Source: Elusimicrobiota bacterium (GTDB lineage Bacteria; Elusimicrobiota; Elusimicrobia; UBA1565). From it: 64,000 bases of DNA. Under the pieces are notes generated by a model. The model did not search any database. It saw only the letters and a list, made by a program, of their open reading frames with translations, and had not been told where the DNA came from. Positions 18,358 through 31,340 of this stretch are shown one piece after another. The first letter of the stretch is position 1, and the number at the start of each line of letters is the position of its first letter. The stretch covers positions 1-64,000 of the forward strand of contig JBDRPD010000025.1 in the NCBI GenBank assembly GCA_043827405.1, given 5' to 3'. A program made the translations under genes and the position numbers.

Positions 18358-19631
18358 AGCCGGCGCAGCGCCCGAGCGGCCGCATCGAGCGTGCGCTCGA
18401 TATCGGACGAGGAATGTCGGCTTGAGACCATGGCGGCCTCGAACTTGGAGGGCGGGAGGTATATCCCCGCATCCAGCATGCGGCGGAAGAAGCGGGCATA
18501 GCGCCGCGCGTCGGAAGCCTTGGAAGAAGCGAAGTCGCGAACCTCGCCGGCGGTGAAAAATACGGTGAACATCGACGCGACGTGGTTGATAACGACCGGG
18601 ACGCCGGCGAAGTCCGCCAGCGCGCGCAATTCGGCGACCAGGCCCGCCGTGAGCTTGGCCATCCGCGCGTAGGGCATTTCGCGCTTAAGAACCCTGAGGG
18701 TCGCCAGGCCCGCCGCCACGCCGACCGGGTTGCCCGACAGCGTTCCCGCCTGGTAGACGGGGCCCAGCGGCGCGATATGATCCATGATCTCCCGCCGGCC
18801 GCCGTAGGCACCGATCGGAAAGCCGCCGCCGATGATCTTGCCCAGACAGGTCAGATCGGGCCGGATATTCATAACGGTCTGCGCGCCGCCGTAAAAGAGC
18901 CGGAAGCCGGTAATAACCTCATCGAAGATCAGCAGGCTGCCCGCGCGCCGGGTAAGTTGACGCAGCTCCTCGAGGAAGCCCTCCGCCGGGGGAGTCACCC
19001 CCATGTTCGCCGCCACCGGCTCGACGATGACGGCGGCGATGCGGCGGCCGTAGCGCTGGAAAACCCGGCGTACGGCGGCCGCGTCGTTATAAGGCAGAGA
19101 AAGCGTCGTCGCGGCCCAAGCCTTGGGCACGCCCGCCGAATCCGGAGCGCCCAAAGTCGAAGCGCCGGAGCCCGCGGCCACCAGCAGGCTGTCGGCATGT
19201 CCATGGTAGCAGCCGTCGAACTTCACCACCAGCTCGCGCCCGGTGAACGCCCGCGCCGCGCGCAGCGCGCTCATGACCGCTTCCGTGCCGGAACTGGTGA
19301 GACGCACCTTGCGCATCGACGGCAGCGCCTCGCGGATAGCCTCCGCCATGCGCAGCTCGCCCTCGGTCGGCGCGCCGAAGCTGGCGCCGGATTTGAGCGC
19401 CTTGATCGCGGCCGCCGCGACCTCGGGATGGGCATGCCCCAGGATCATCGGCCCCCAGGACAGACAATAATCGATATAGCGCTTGCCGTCCGCGTCGGTA
19501 ATGGCGGCCCCCTTGCCGGAGCGCACGAAGACCGGCGTACCGCCCACGGCCTTAAAGGCCCGCACCGGCGAGTTCACGCCGCCGACGAGAACTTTTTTGG
19601 ACGCCCGGAACAGCGCCTTGGACCTGCGCAT
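18354..19631 (-). CDS. hemL: Glutamate-1-semialdehyde 2,1-aminomutase
   Basis: GGVNSPVRAF, SGTEAVMSA, FDEVITGFR, LGKIIGGG and YQAGTLSGNP. Confidence 0.97.
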   Translation of the reverse strand: MRRSKALFRASKKVLVGGVNSPVRAFKAVGGTPVFVRSGKGAAITDADGKRYIDYCLSWGPMILGHAHPEVAAAAIKALKSGASFGAPTEGELRMAEAIREALPSMRKVRLTSSGTEAVMSALRAARAFTGRELVVKFDGCYHGHADSLLVAAGSGASTLGAPDSAGVPKAWAATTLSLPYNDAAAVRRVFQRYGRRIAAVIVEPVAANMGVTPPAEGFLEELRQLTRRAGSLLIFDEVITGFRLFYGGAQTVMNIRPDLTCLGKIIGGGFPIGAYGGRREIMDHIAPLGPVYQAGTLSGNPVGVAAGLATLRVLKREMPYARMAKLTAGLVAELRALADFAGVPVVINHVASMFTVFFTAGEVRDFASSKASDARRYARFFRRMLDAGIYLPPSKFEAAMVSSRHSSSDIERTLDAAARALRRL

Positions 19632-20617
19632 TATTCGCTCAACCAGCGCGCGGCGTTAAGCGCCTCATAGGTGAGGATGAAGTCCGCTCCGGCACGCTTG
19701 ATGGAAATCAGAGATTCCAGCACGGTCTTGCGCTCGTCGAGCCAGCCGCGCTCGATGGCGGCGCGGATCATGGAGTATTCGCCGGAGACGCTGTAGGCCG
19801 CCGTCGGCAGGCCGAAGGTCTCGCGCACATCGGAGAGCACGTCCAGGTACGGCAAAGCCGGCTTGACCATGAGCATATCGGCGCCTTCCTCGACGTCGAG
19901 CGCCGCTTCGCGCAGCGCCTCGCGCGCGTTGGCCGGATCCATCTGGTGCGTCGACCGGTCGCCGAACTGCGGCGGGGACTCGGCGGCGTCGCGAAACGGT
20001 CCGTAGAACGCGCTGGCGTACTTAACCGCGTAGGACAAGACCGCAATATCCTGAAAACCCCCAAGATCGAGCGCCCGGCGGATGGCCGCGATCTGCCCGT
20101 CGATCATGCCGCTCGGCGCGACGACATCGGCGCCGGCTTCCGCCTGGCTGACCGCGGTCTTGGCGAGCAGGTGCAGCGTGGCATCGTTGTCCAGCGTGAA
20201 GCCGCCCTTGCTTTTGCGCACGATGCCGCAGTGGCCGTGATCGGTATACTCGCAGAAACAGAGATCGGTCATCACGCAGAGGCCGGGCGCCGTCACCTTG
20301 GCCTCGCGCACCGCATGCTGGATGATTCCCTTGGCCGCGTACGCGCCCGACGCCTTGGCGTCCTTGCGGTCGGGAATGCCGAACAGGATGATGCCGGGAA
20401 TGCCGAGGCGTTCGACTTCCGGCAGCACCTTGGCCATCTCATCGACTGAATACTGAAAGTGCCCCGGCATCGATTTAATCGGCTTCTTGATGCCGCGGCC
20501 GGGCCGCACGAACAGCGGCAGGACAAAATCGTCCGCGGACAGCCGAGTCTCGCGCACCAGCCGGCGCAGGGCCGGGGTGCGCCGCAAGCGCCGGAGACGG
20601 TTCGTTGGAAATGCCAT
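19631..20617 (-). CDS. hemB: Porphobilinogen synthase (Zn-type)
   Basis: [32 protein letters not shown] and AYSVSGEY. Confidence 0.97.
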   Translation of the reverse strand: MAFPTNRLRRLRRTPALRRLVRETRLSADDFVLPLFVRPGRGIKKPIKSMPGHFQYSVDEMAKVLPEVERLGIPGIILFGIPDRKDAKASGAYAAKGIIQHAVREAKVTAPGLCVMTDLCFCEYTDHGHCGIVRKSKGGFTLDNDATLHLLAKTAVSQAEAGADVVAPSGMIDGQIAAIRRALDLGGFQDIAVLSYAVKYASAFYGPFRDAAESPPQFGDRSTHQMDPANAREALREAALDVEEGADMLMVKPALPYLDVLSDVRETFGLPTAAYSVSGEYSMIRAAIERGWLDERKTVLESLISIKRAGADFILTYEALNAARWLSE

Positions 20618-20689
20618 GCTCTATTCTACAAAAACTGCGGCGCCATCTTCGTCCGCGCCGATAGGGGGCCTGTTTCCTATAATACGCGG

Positions 20690-22480
20690 ATGAGCAGCCG
20701 GCGCACCCCGACATGCAAAGACGGCGTAGCCCACTTCAACGCCGGCCGCTTCGCGGCGGCAGCGCGCAGCTTCGAGGCCGCCGCCGCGGTCAACGGCGCA
20801 AGCGCGGACACGCACTGCTTCCTCGCCCAGGCCTATGCCTCGCTCGGCCGGCTCGACCGCGCGGTGCGCCATCTCCGGAAAAGCTACCCGCCCCGGCGCA
20901 TGCCGGCCCAGGTCCTAATGACGCTGGGCGAGCTCTTGTCGCGTTCGGGCAGACGCAAGGATGCGCTGACCTGCCTGCGGCGGGCGGCGGCGCGCCTGCC
21001 CGGCTCAGCCGAAGCGCGCCGCAAGCTCGGCGCGCTCTGCATCGAGGCGGGGCTCCTGGAAGAGGCGGAAAAGCACCTGGCAAAAGCCGCCGGGGACGCC
21101 GCGGCGGCCTTTCTGCTGGGGAAATGCCGGCTGCTGCAGGGCCGCCCCGTCGAAGCCGAGCACGCGCTGCGGCGGGCCGTTGGACTTGATCCCAAAAGCG
21201 CGGAGTGCCGCCTGCTGCTCGGCAAAGCCCTGGCGGCGCAGGACCGCCGCGATGAGGCGGCGGACGCCTACGGCGCCGCGGCCCGCCTGTCGCCGGACTC
21301 CGCGGAGAAACGGAAGCTGCTGTTCCAGATCGGGCGCGCCAGCCAAGAGGACGGACGGCGCGGACGCATGCGCACGGCCTTTACCGGCCTGCTCAAGCTG
21401 GAGGCCAGGACCCGGCCGGGTCCGCCGCTGGAGCGCCTGCGCGCCCTCATCGCGCTCGAGCGCTACGCCGAGGCGATCCAGGAGGCGGAGCGCTACATCG
21501 ACGGCTGGGATCCGACGCAGGAATACGAACCGCTGATCGAACCCTGGGCCGGCCGCTGGCTGGTGACCTGCGACGCGCGGTGGGCGCAGCGGCAGATCGC
21601 GCTGCTCGACGCCCTCCGGTCCCGCGGCGGGATAAATTCTCCCTGGCCGCTGATCTGGCGCGGCGTGCTCCTCTGCCACCGCTGGCGCTACCGCGAGGCG
21701 CTGGCGCATTTCGACGCCGTCGCCGAGTTTCCGCGCAAGCGCTACGGCTGGATCCGCTATCTGGGAGGAGCGTGGCGCCTGCGCCTGGACGCCCATGCGG
21801 CGGCGATTGAAGATCTCCGCGCCGCCCTGGACGCGGAGCCCGGCATGTGGTGGGCGCGCTGCCACTTGGCGGAAGCCCGCCTCTGCCAGGGACGGACGAA
21901 GGAAGCGTTTTCCGAATTCGCCGCCGCCGAGGCCAAAGCCGCGGACGATCCCTCCGCCCGCGCCAATATCCAGTGCTGGCGGGGAGAGGCGCTCCTGTGG
22001 CTCGGACGCTACCGGCCGGCGCTCAAGGATCTCGACCGCGCCGTCGCCGGGAACGTACGGCTGGCCCGCTGCTGGCGCGGCGCCGCGCGCATGCTCCTAG
22101 GAGACGCCCGCGGCGCTCTGCCCGATCTGGATCTCGCCCTGGCGGCTGATCCGTACGACCGCGAGGCGCTGACCTGGCGCGGCGAGGCCAAGCGCCGGCT
22201 CGGACACCGCGAAGAAGCTCTCGCCGATCTCAATCGAGCGGTGGAACTCGGCGGCGGGACCTGGGCCCTCGTCAACCGGGCTCTCATCTGGGACGCGCTG
22301 GGAGAAGAAGAGAAGCTGTGGCGCGACTGCGAACGAATTTCCCGCGATGCCGTCCCCCTCACCCGCCAGAGCGACGGCGCGGCGCCGCTGCTGGAGCGGG
22401 CGCTGGCGGCCGCCCGCGGCATCCGCCGGCCCGAATCCTATCTCGCGCCTCTCCTGCGCCTAAACCGTCACTCCAGATAA
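20690..22480 (+). CDS. Tetratricopeptide repeat protein
   Basis: Repeated TPR-like A...LG/A...RG helices. Start placed at ATG 20690, 6 nt after TATAAT, because the longer ORF overlaps hemB. Confidence 0.8.
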   Translation: MSSRRTPTCKDGVAHFNAGRFAAAARSFEAAAAVNGASADTHCFLAQAYASLGRLDRAVRHLRKSYPPRRMPAQVLMTLGELLSRSGRRKDALTCLRRAAARLPGSAEARRKLGALCIEAGLLEEAEKHLAKAAGDAAAAFLLGKCRLLQGRPVEAEHALRRAVGLDPKSAECRLLLGKALAAQDRRDEAADAYGAAARLSPDSAEKRKLLFQIGRASQEDGRRGRMRTAFTGLLKLEARTRPGPPLERLRALIALERYAEAIQEAERYIDGWDPTQEYEPLIEPWAGRWLVTCDARWAQRQIALLDALRSRGGINSPWPLIWRGVLLCHRWRYREALAHFDAVAEFPRKRYGWIRYLGGAWRLRLDAHAAAIEDLRAALDAEPGMWWARCHLAEARLCQGRTKEAFSEFAAAEAKAADDPSARANIQCWRGEALLWLGRYRPALKDLDRAVAGNVRLARCWRGAARMLLGDARGALPDLDLALAADPYDREALTWRGEAKRRLGHREEALADLNRAVELGGGTWALVNRALIWDALGEEEKLWRDCERISRDAVPLTRQSDGAAPLLERALAAARGIRRPESYLAPLLRLNRHSR

Positions 22481-22511
22481 GGTGCCAGGCAGGTTATCTA
22501 AGGGGGGACCG

Positions 22512-24068
22512 TCAGGGGACTAGACGGCGGTAGACCTCCGCCATCCGGCGGGCGGCTGTTTCCCACGAGTACTCGGCCGCCGCGAGCTCACGGCAGGGGC
22601 CGCGCCAGTCCGGCTCCCGCGCGAGCAGTCCGTTGAGTGAGTCGACCATGGAGGCGATGCGGCGCTCGGGCTGCACCGCGATGCGCAGGCACGGTCCGAT
22701 CTCCGGCGGCAGATGCCCGGCGATGGCATCGAGCCCCTCGCCCAGGCCCTCAAAGTCCGCGGCGACGGGAAGCACCCCCGCGCTGATCGACTCGAGCAGC
22801 ACCAGCGGATAGGCCTCCGCCACCTCGGAAGGGAAGACCGCGATGTCGGCACATGGGAGCAGATGTCGATACAGCGCATGCTTAAGGTAGCCGGTAAAAA
22901 CGACCTTCTCCAGCGGCTTGGTCCGGCGGCCCAAATCGAGCCAGCGATCCCAGCCGATCCGCTCGGCGTAAGCGGCGACATTGGCCAGCGAGACGCCCGG
23001 CTGGCGGCTCAGCGCACCGCCCAGGCGAATGATGCGCTTGAGCAGCTCGCGGTCGCCGGCGCCGAGCGCGCCGAGCAGCAACTCCAACGCCTCGCGGAAA
23101 GGACCTTCTCCCACGATGAACAGAGTCGTCCGCGGATGACGCTCCAGCACCTCCGGCAGCGCCGCCAGCAGATCGTGCACGCCCTTGCCCACGATAAGCT
23201 TTCCGGCATAGAGCAGAACCTTCTCGCCGGCCCAGTCGACAGGTGAGAGCTTATCCAGGAGATCGCCGTCCGGCGCCTTATGCGCGTATTCCGACCGCGC
23301 CATGTCGGCGGCCTGGACCAGCATCTGGTCCGTCGCAAAGCGACGCGCCAGCAGTGAGCGGGTCATCTCCCGCGTCCGCCCGCCGGGCTCCATCCCGCCG
23401 GCGGCCAGCCGCTCTCCGATTCGATCCCGCTCGGCGCGGGCGACCGGCGCAAAGAGCGCGGCGTCCACGCCGACGGGCACAATCGAATGCTTTTTGCGCC
23501 AGGCGGCGGCATGGTCCGGGAACAGCCGGAAGATGCGCTCCGAGACCGTATGGTTGCCCACCACCAGCGCGTCCGCCGCGTCGATCGAACGGGCGGCGCA
23601 GGCCGCGAGCTCCGGAGACTGCTTAAGGGCGTATTCGATCGCGCTGCCGTGCGGAAAGACGAGAAACGGAACGCCGGTCTGCTCCTTTACCCGGCGGGCG
23701 ATCTCGGGCATCGGATAGACATGGTTCGCATGCAGGACCTCGATGTTCTCCTGCCGGCAGACACGCGCGGCCCCGGCGGCGAAGTCCGCCAGGTAGGTCT
23801 CAAGACGCGGATCGCCCACGAGCTGCGAGAACGCCCGGACCTCCGCGAAGCCCTCATATTCCGTATCGGCGACATAGACCGGCATGAGGCGCCGGTCGAT
23901 CGCCGGGACATGGATGCGCCCCGACTGCGGGAAACGCTCGGGATGAGGTTCCTGGCACAGGACATGCACCTCATGCCCCAGTTCCCGCAGCGCCCGCGCG
24001 AGCTCGCGGACATAGATATTGCTCCCCGATCCGTCGAGAAGCCAGCCGTGAAGGAGCCCGATCCGCAT
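22512..24068 (-). CDS. Glycosyltransferase family 4 protein
   Basis: MRIGLLHGWLLDGSGSNIY start, GKLIVGKG, and FPSEVAEAYPLVLLE (ExxxxxxxE motif). Confidence 0.88.
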   Translation of the reverse strand: MRIGLLHGWLLDGSGSNIYVRELARALRELGHEVHVLCQEPHPERFPQSGRIHVPAIDRRLMPVYVADTEYEGFAEVRAFSQLVGDPRLETYLADFAAGAARVCRQENIEVLHANHVYPMPEIARRVKEQTGVPFLVFPHGSAIEYALKQSPELAACAARSIDAADALVVGNHTVSERIFRLFPDHAAAWRKKHSIVPVGVDAALFAPVARAERDRIGERLAAGGMEPGGRTREMTRSLLARRFATDQMLVQAADMARSEYAHKAPDGDLLDKLSPVDWAGEKVLLYAGKLIVGKGVHDLLAALPEVLERHPRTTLFIVGEGPFREALELLLGALGAGDRELLKRIIRLGGALSRQPGVSLANVAAYAERIGWDRWLDLGRRTKPLEKVVFTGYLKHALYRHLLPCADIAVFPSEVAEAYPLVLLESISAGVLPVAADFEGLGEGLDAIAGHLPPEIGPCLRIAVQPERRIASMVDSLNGLLAREPDWRGPCRELAAAEYSWETAARRMAEVYRRLVP

Positions 24069-24079
24069 CCGCCGACGCG

Positions 24080-26212
24080 CTACTTCACCGCTTCCTGAGG
24101 CGCCGGCGCCGCTTGCGGGAAATAGAGGCGGCTGACGTACTCCTTCAGCATGCGGTCGGCGCAGAACTCCGGCGCCACCGTCTTGATCGACTCCTTCATC
24201 ACCCGCACCCAGCCGGCCGGCACATTGTGCGTATCGCGATCGAAGAACAGCGGGATGACCTGCTCCTCCAGCAGCTCGTAGATGTTTCCGGCGTCGGCCT
24301 CGTCGCGCTCGGGACCTTCCAGATGCTCGGTTGATTTCGGCGCCCAGCCGTTGTGGTGGTTGAAGCCCTCCTCCCACCATCCGTCCAGAATGGAGAGGTT
24401 GGGAACGCCGTTAACCGCCGCCTTCTGGCCGCTCGTTCCGCAGGCCTCCAGCGGCGCCAAGGGATTATTGAGCCACACGTCGACGCCCTGCACGAGATAG
24501 CGCGCCTTGTGCATGTCGTAGTCTTCGACGAAGGCGAGGCTCCCTCCGAGCTCCGGGTCTTTAGCCATCTGGTAGATCCGCTGAATCATATGCTTGCCGC
24601 TGTCGTCGGCCGGATGGGCCTTGCCGGCGAAGACGAACTGAACGGGCCGCCAGGGATCGAGCATAATCTTCTTAAGCCGCTTCATATCCGAAAAGATCAG
24701 GGTCGCCCGCTTGTAGGACGCACAGCGGCGCGCGAAGCCGATAGTGAGGGCGGCGGGATTGAGCAGCGAGCCGCCCGCCAGCACCTGCGAGGCATCGGTA
24801 CGGTCTTCCATCCAGCGCCGGCGGGCTTTGCGCCGCAGGAAATTCAGCAGCTGCCGCTTGCAGTGGACATGGACGTTCCACAGCACCTCGTCGGGTATGC
24901 CGTCGACCTTCGACCAGAATACCGGCTCGTCCTGCCGCTCCTTCCAGTCCCGGCCCAGATGCGTGGTAAAAGTCTCCGCCAGCGCCGAGTTAAGCCAGGT
25001 CGGCATATGGATGCCGTTGGTCACGTGCTGGATCGGGACATCCTTGACCTTGCGGTCCGGCCACAGCGGCTGCCACATCTCGCGGGCGACGACGCCGTTA
25101 CGCTTGCTGACGCCGTTGATGCGCCTGGTTAAACGCAGGGCCAGCGCCGTCATGTTCCAGCCCGACTTGCCGGGGACGCGCGCCAGGTCCAAGAGCTCTT
25201 CCTTTTCCAGGCCGAGCTCCTCGCGGTAGCTTTTGAAATATTCCTCGATCGTTTCCTCCGGGAAGACGTCATGCCCGGCGGGAACCGGCGTATGCGTCGT
25301 AAACACCGTGGTCTCCGCCACCTCTTCGCGGGCGTCGGCGAAGCTCATGCCCTGCTGCACGCGCTGCCGGATGCGCTCCAGGAGCAGAAAGGCGGAATGC
25401 CCTTCGTTGACATGGAAGGCGTCCGCTTCGACGCCGAGCGCCTGGAGTATGCGCACGCCCCCGATTCCAAGAACGATTTCCTGGCGCAGGCGCATCGCCT
25501 GGTCGCCGCCGTAAAGCCGCCCGGAGACCTCGCGGTCGCGCGGCTCGTTGCCCTCGACGTTGGTGTCCATGAGGTGGAGCCGCACCCGGCCCACATCGAT
25601 CCGCCAGACGGTGACGTAGATCGGCCACGAGCCGAGGCTGAGCTTGAGCACGCACTTGGAGCCGTCGCGGCACAGCGCGGGCCGCACCGGCGACGAGTTC
25701 CAGTCGAGAATCTCGTAGTGGTTCTGCTGCCAGCCCTCGACTCCGATTTTCTGCTGCACATAGCCCTGCGGGTACATGAATCCCACCCCGGTAAGCGGTA
25801 TGCCGAGGTCGGAGGCGGACTTGCAGTGATCCCCCGCCAGAATCCCGAGGCCGCCGGAATAGATCGGCAAAGAGTTGTGAACGCCGAACTCGGCCGAGAA
25901 GTAGGCGATACGGCGGCTATTCTCCGGATACTCGCGGCTGAACCAGGTATCTTCCGCGACCATATACTTGTCGAAATCTTCGACCACGGCATCGTAGCGG
26001 CGCAGGAACTCCGGATCTTTCGCCAGCCGCGCCAAGACCGCGGGCTCGCACAGCAGCAAAGTCTTGACGGGGTTGTGGTTCGTCGTCATCCACAGCGTCT
26101 TGTCCACCGCCTTAAACAGCGCCCGGGGACCGCGGTTCCAGCTCCACCAAAGGTTGTAGGCGACGTCCCGTAAACGCTCGATGCGCTTGGGCAGCTTAAA
26201 ACTGTTATTCAT
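24080..26212 (-). CDS. glgP: Alpha-glucan (glycogen) phosphorylase
   Basis: YSGGLGILAGD, NEGHSAF, AGKAHPAD and the PLP lysine motif EACGTSGQK. Confidence 0.96.
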   Translation of the reverse strand: MNNSFKLPKRIERLRDVAYNLWWSWNRGPRALFKAVDKTLWMTTNHNPVKTLLLCEPAVLARLAKDPEFLRRYDAVVEDFDKYMVAEDTWFSREYPENSRRIAYFSAEFGVHNSLPIYSGGLGILAGDHCKSASDLGIPLTGVGFMYPQGYVQQKIGVEGWQQNHYEILDWNSSPVRPALCRDGSKCVLKLSLGSWPIYVTVWRIDVGRVRLHLMDTNVEGNEPRDREVSGRLYGGDQAMRLRQEIVLGIGGVRILQALGVEADAFHVNEGHSAFLLLERIRQRVQQGMSFADAREEVAETTVFTTHTPVPAGHDVFPEETIEEYFKSYREELGLEKEELLDLARVPGKSGWNMTALALRLTRRINGVSKRNGVVAREMWQPLWPDRKVKDVPIQHVTNGIHMPTWLNSALAETFTTHLGRDWKERQDEPVFWSKVDGIPDEVLWNVHVHCKRQLLNFLRRKARRRWMEDRTDASQVLAGGSLLNPAALTIGFARRCASYKRATLIFSDMKRLKKIMLDPWRPVQFVFAGKAHPADDSGKHMIQRIYQMAKDPELGGSLAFVEDYDMHKARYLVQGVDVWLNNPLAPLEACGTSGQKAAVNGVPNLSILDGWWEEGFNHHNGWAPKSTEHLEGPERDEADAGNIYELLEEQVIPLFFDRDTHNVPAGWVRVMKESIKTVAPEFCADRMLKEYVSRLYFPQAAPAPQEAVK

Positions 26213-26255
26213 CTATTTCGGCTCCTATCTTCCATGGTATTTCACCGCGCCCGAA

Positions 26256-27317
26256 TCAGCCGCTGTTGCGGAACGGGTATGTGAGCTGCGGCGAATTCTT
26301 GATTCCGCGCCGCTTCAGGAAAGTCGCGACCACCTTGTTTTCCGCTTCCCGCCACTTCTCCTCGGGCGCTTCCAGCCCCACCTTGACCGAGCCGCCGGCG
26401 ACCAGGCGATGCCCGCCGCCCCGGTTGCCGCCGCCGAGCATGGAACGGAGCAGCCAGCCGGCATGGTCCGTGAGACTATGCGTCCGCAGCGAGACATGCA
26501 GGCGCCCGTGGTAGCGCCCGGTGACGATGCACCAGCGCATTGTCTCGTGCGACAGGAGAAAATCCGCCATCTGACCCACGCGGTCCGGCGTGGGGACCTC
26601 GCGCAGGTGTACGCCGATGATGCGGCGGCACACGAAAGCGTCGCGGATGCCGTTGTACAGCATCTGAAAGAAGGACGCGGTGCGCGGCGGGTTATTGATG
26701 CGCCACAGCGCCTTCATATTCGCCTTGGGAAGAAATGCCAGATACGCCGCCACATCCCGCGGATTCGCTTCCCGGCCGAGATTCTGCGTCTCGGAAGTAA
26801 TGCCGTAGACGATGGCGGTCGACAGCTTCTTGGGCACCGGCACCTTCGCCTCCAACAGCGCCTCGGCCAGCAGCGTCGTCGTGGCGCCGATCGAGGTGTC
26901 GATATGGATGAAAGCCCCCCCCGTCTTCGGGTGACGCGGATGATGGTCGATCAGGATATCCGGATGGCGGCGGGGATCATAGCGGTTGTTTTTGAACGGA
27001 GGCTGAGTGTCGACGAGCGCGGTGACCGCCGCGTCTTTGTCGGATTTACGGAAAGGATAGGCCGGCACTTCAAGGCATTCGAGCATCAGCCGATTCTCGC
27101 CCCGGCCGAGCGCGCCGCCGTAGACGATGCGCGTGCGCACCCGGTGAAAAGACTTGATCAGATGCGATAGAGCCCAGGCGCTCGCCAGACCGTCCGGGTC
27201 CGGATGGTCGTGCGTCATTATGAGGAGAGGCCCGAGCTTGCGTCCGCGCCGCTGGATCATCGCGATCAGCTCGCCGGCCTGCGACCGCGTTTCCGTTTTC
27301 GCGTTAATTATCGTCAT
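26256..27317 (-). CDS. DHH/DHHA1 family phosphoesterase
   Basis: HDHPDPDG, VDTQ, IDHHP and GGGH...AGG. Confidence 0.9.
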   Translation of the reverse strand: MTIINAKTETRSQAGELIAMIQRRGRKLGPLLIMTHDHPDPDGLASAWALSHLIKSFHRVRTRIVYGGALGRGENRLMLECLEVPAYPFRKSDKDAAVTALVDTQPPFKNNRYDPRRHPDILIDHHPRHPKTGGAFIHIDTSIGATTTLLAEALLEAKVPVPKKLSTAIVYGITSETQNLGREANPRDVAAYLAFLPKANMKALWRINNPPRTASFFQMLYNGIRDAFVCRRIIGVHLREVPTPDRVGQMADFLLSHETMRWCIVTGRYHGRLHVSLRTHSLTDHAGWLLRSMLGGGNRGGGHRLVAGGSVKVGLEAPEEKWREAENKVVATFLKRRGIKNSPQLTYPFRNSG

Positions 27318-28495
27318 GGGTCGGATGTCCCGGCGAGGTCTTCCTGCGCCAACTGTATCTCGAGGAACGGCGGTTCGATGACGGTCACCTGCAGTCCCGC
27401 GGGCTGCGGCAGCTTGCTTTCGGCCAGCCGGGCAAGGTTCAAGCCCAGCTTGCTCTGCGACATATCCAGGCTGACCGCCCAGTCCCGGCTGCGCGTCCGA
27501 TAGAAGTGCCGCATCTCGCCGACGTAGGTCACATCGACGCTCGGCTCTTTAGGATGCGCCACCACCAGCCCGGCGGGGACGCTGCGCATCTGTATCGGGA
27601 TAGTGTAGGTCCGCTCGGTGCTCTTGAAGCCCAAAACGAACAGCGCCCACAGCAGGAGCGACGCTGAAAACGCGATCGCCTTCTCCCGCGAGTTTCGGCG
27701 CAAAAAAGCATGGAAGCTCTCCTGGGAACTCCGGGGCGACCGTCCGGACGAGAACTGCTGAATCCTTCGCTGCAGCTCGTCGCGTTTGCGCACCGTCTCC
27801 AGCCGGCCTTCGTGGGCGATGGATATCGTCCCCCGCTCTTCGCTGACGACGATGCACAAAGCGTCGGTGAGCTCGGAGAGCCCCAAGGCGGCGGTATGCC
27901 GCGTACCCAGCCGGGCGGTCTTGATGAACTCTTTAGACAGCGGGAGCCGGCAGCCGAAGCGGGTCACGCGCCGGTTTTCGAGGATCATCGCGCCGTCGTG
28001 GCCGATGGAATGATCGTCGAACAGGCTGCGCAGCAGGGCCTCGGAGAAATCCCCGTTGAGCCGCCAGCCGCCTTCCAGGTGCCGGTCCAGCGGATCGGCG
28101 CCGCGCAGGACGATGAGCGCGCCGAGGCGCTCGCGGGAGATGTCCCAGATAGTCTGCACCAGCTCGTCGGACTCCTCGATTCCGGTCAGCGGTTCCTTGC
28201 CGCCGCTCAGGCTCCACACGGCGATGCGCTCGAAGAGGCTGCGCAGCTCCTCTTGGAATATCACGACCAGCGCGACGAGCAGGATGGCGAACAGGGCGTG
28301 GAAGATGCTCGTTGTCATAATCATGCCGGAGGCGCTGGCCAGCATGTAAACGGCCGTGAGCACGAGCATGCCCTTGGCGACGACGGCCGCCTTCGCCCGC
28401 TTGAACCAGACCAGCAGGGCGTAGATCAGGACGCCGACTAAAACGACGTCTAGGATATCCGCTATTCCAACGGCTTTCAGGAAGGTTAAGAACAT
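27314..28495 (-). CDS. cdaA: Membrane diadenylate cyclase (CdaA type) with a C-terminal TM + YbbR-like region
   Basis: Three N-terminal TMs, IFQEELR, HDGAM, GTRHTAALG and VSEERG, then an extra TM and a beta-rich tail. Confidence 0.88.
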   Translation of the reverse strand: MFLTFLKAVGIADILDVVLVGVLIYALLVWFKRAKAAVVAKGMLVLTAVYMLASASGMIMTTSIFHALFAILLVALVVIFQEELRSLFERIAVWSLSGGKEPLTGIEESDELVQTIWDISRERLGALIVLRGADPLDRHLEGGWRLNGDFSEALLRSLFDDHSIGHDGAMILENRRVTRFGCRLPLSKEFIKTARLGTRHTAALGLSELTDALCIVVSEERGTISIAHEGRLETVRKRDELQRRIQQFSSGRSPRSSQESFHAFLRRNSREKAIAFSASLLLWALFVLGFKSTERTYTIPIQMRSVPAGLVVAHPKEPSVDVTYVGEMRHFYRTRSRDWAVSLDMSQSKLGLNLARLAESKLPQPAGLQVTVIEPPFLEIQLAQEDLAGTSDP

Positions 28496-28622
28496 ACGGG
28501 AAGCTCCGGCTATTATACCGATATGGCGCGGTCATTCCAATCGGGATTATTTTTCCGGCGACCGCAGCCGGCTCAAAAATATTAAAATATCCGTGCCTTT
28601 CCTTCTTTTTGGAGCAAAAACC

Positions 28623-31334
<2,712 letters not shown>

Positions 31335-31340
31335 CGCGGC

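Noticed and set aside
24069..24380. N-terminal extension of the GT4 ORF
   Set aside because: It overlaps glgP. The GT4-typical start MRIGLL is at 24068.
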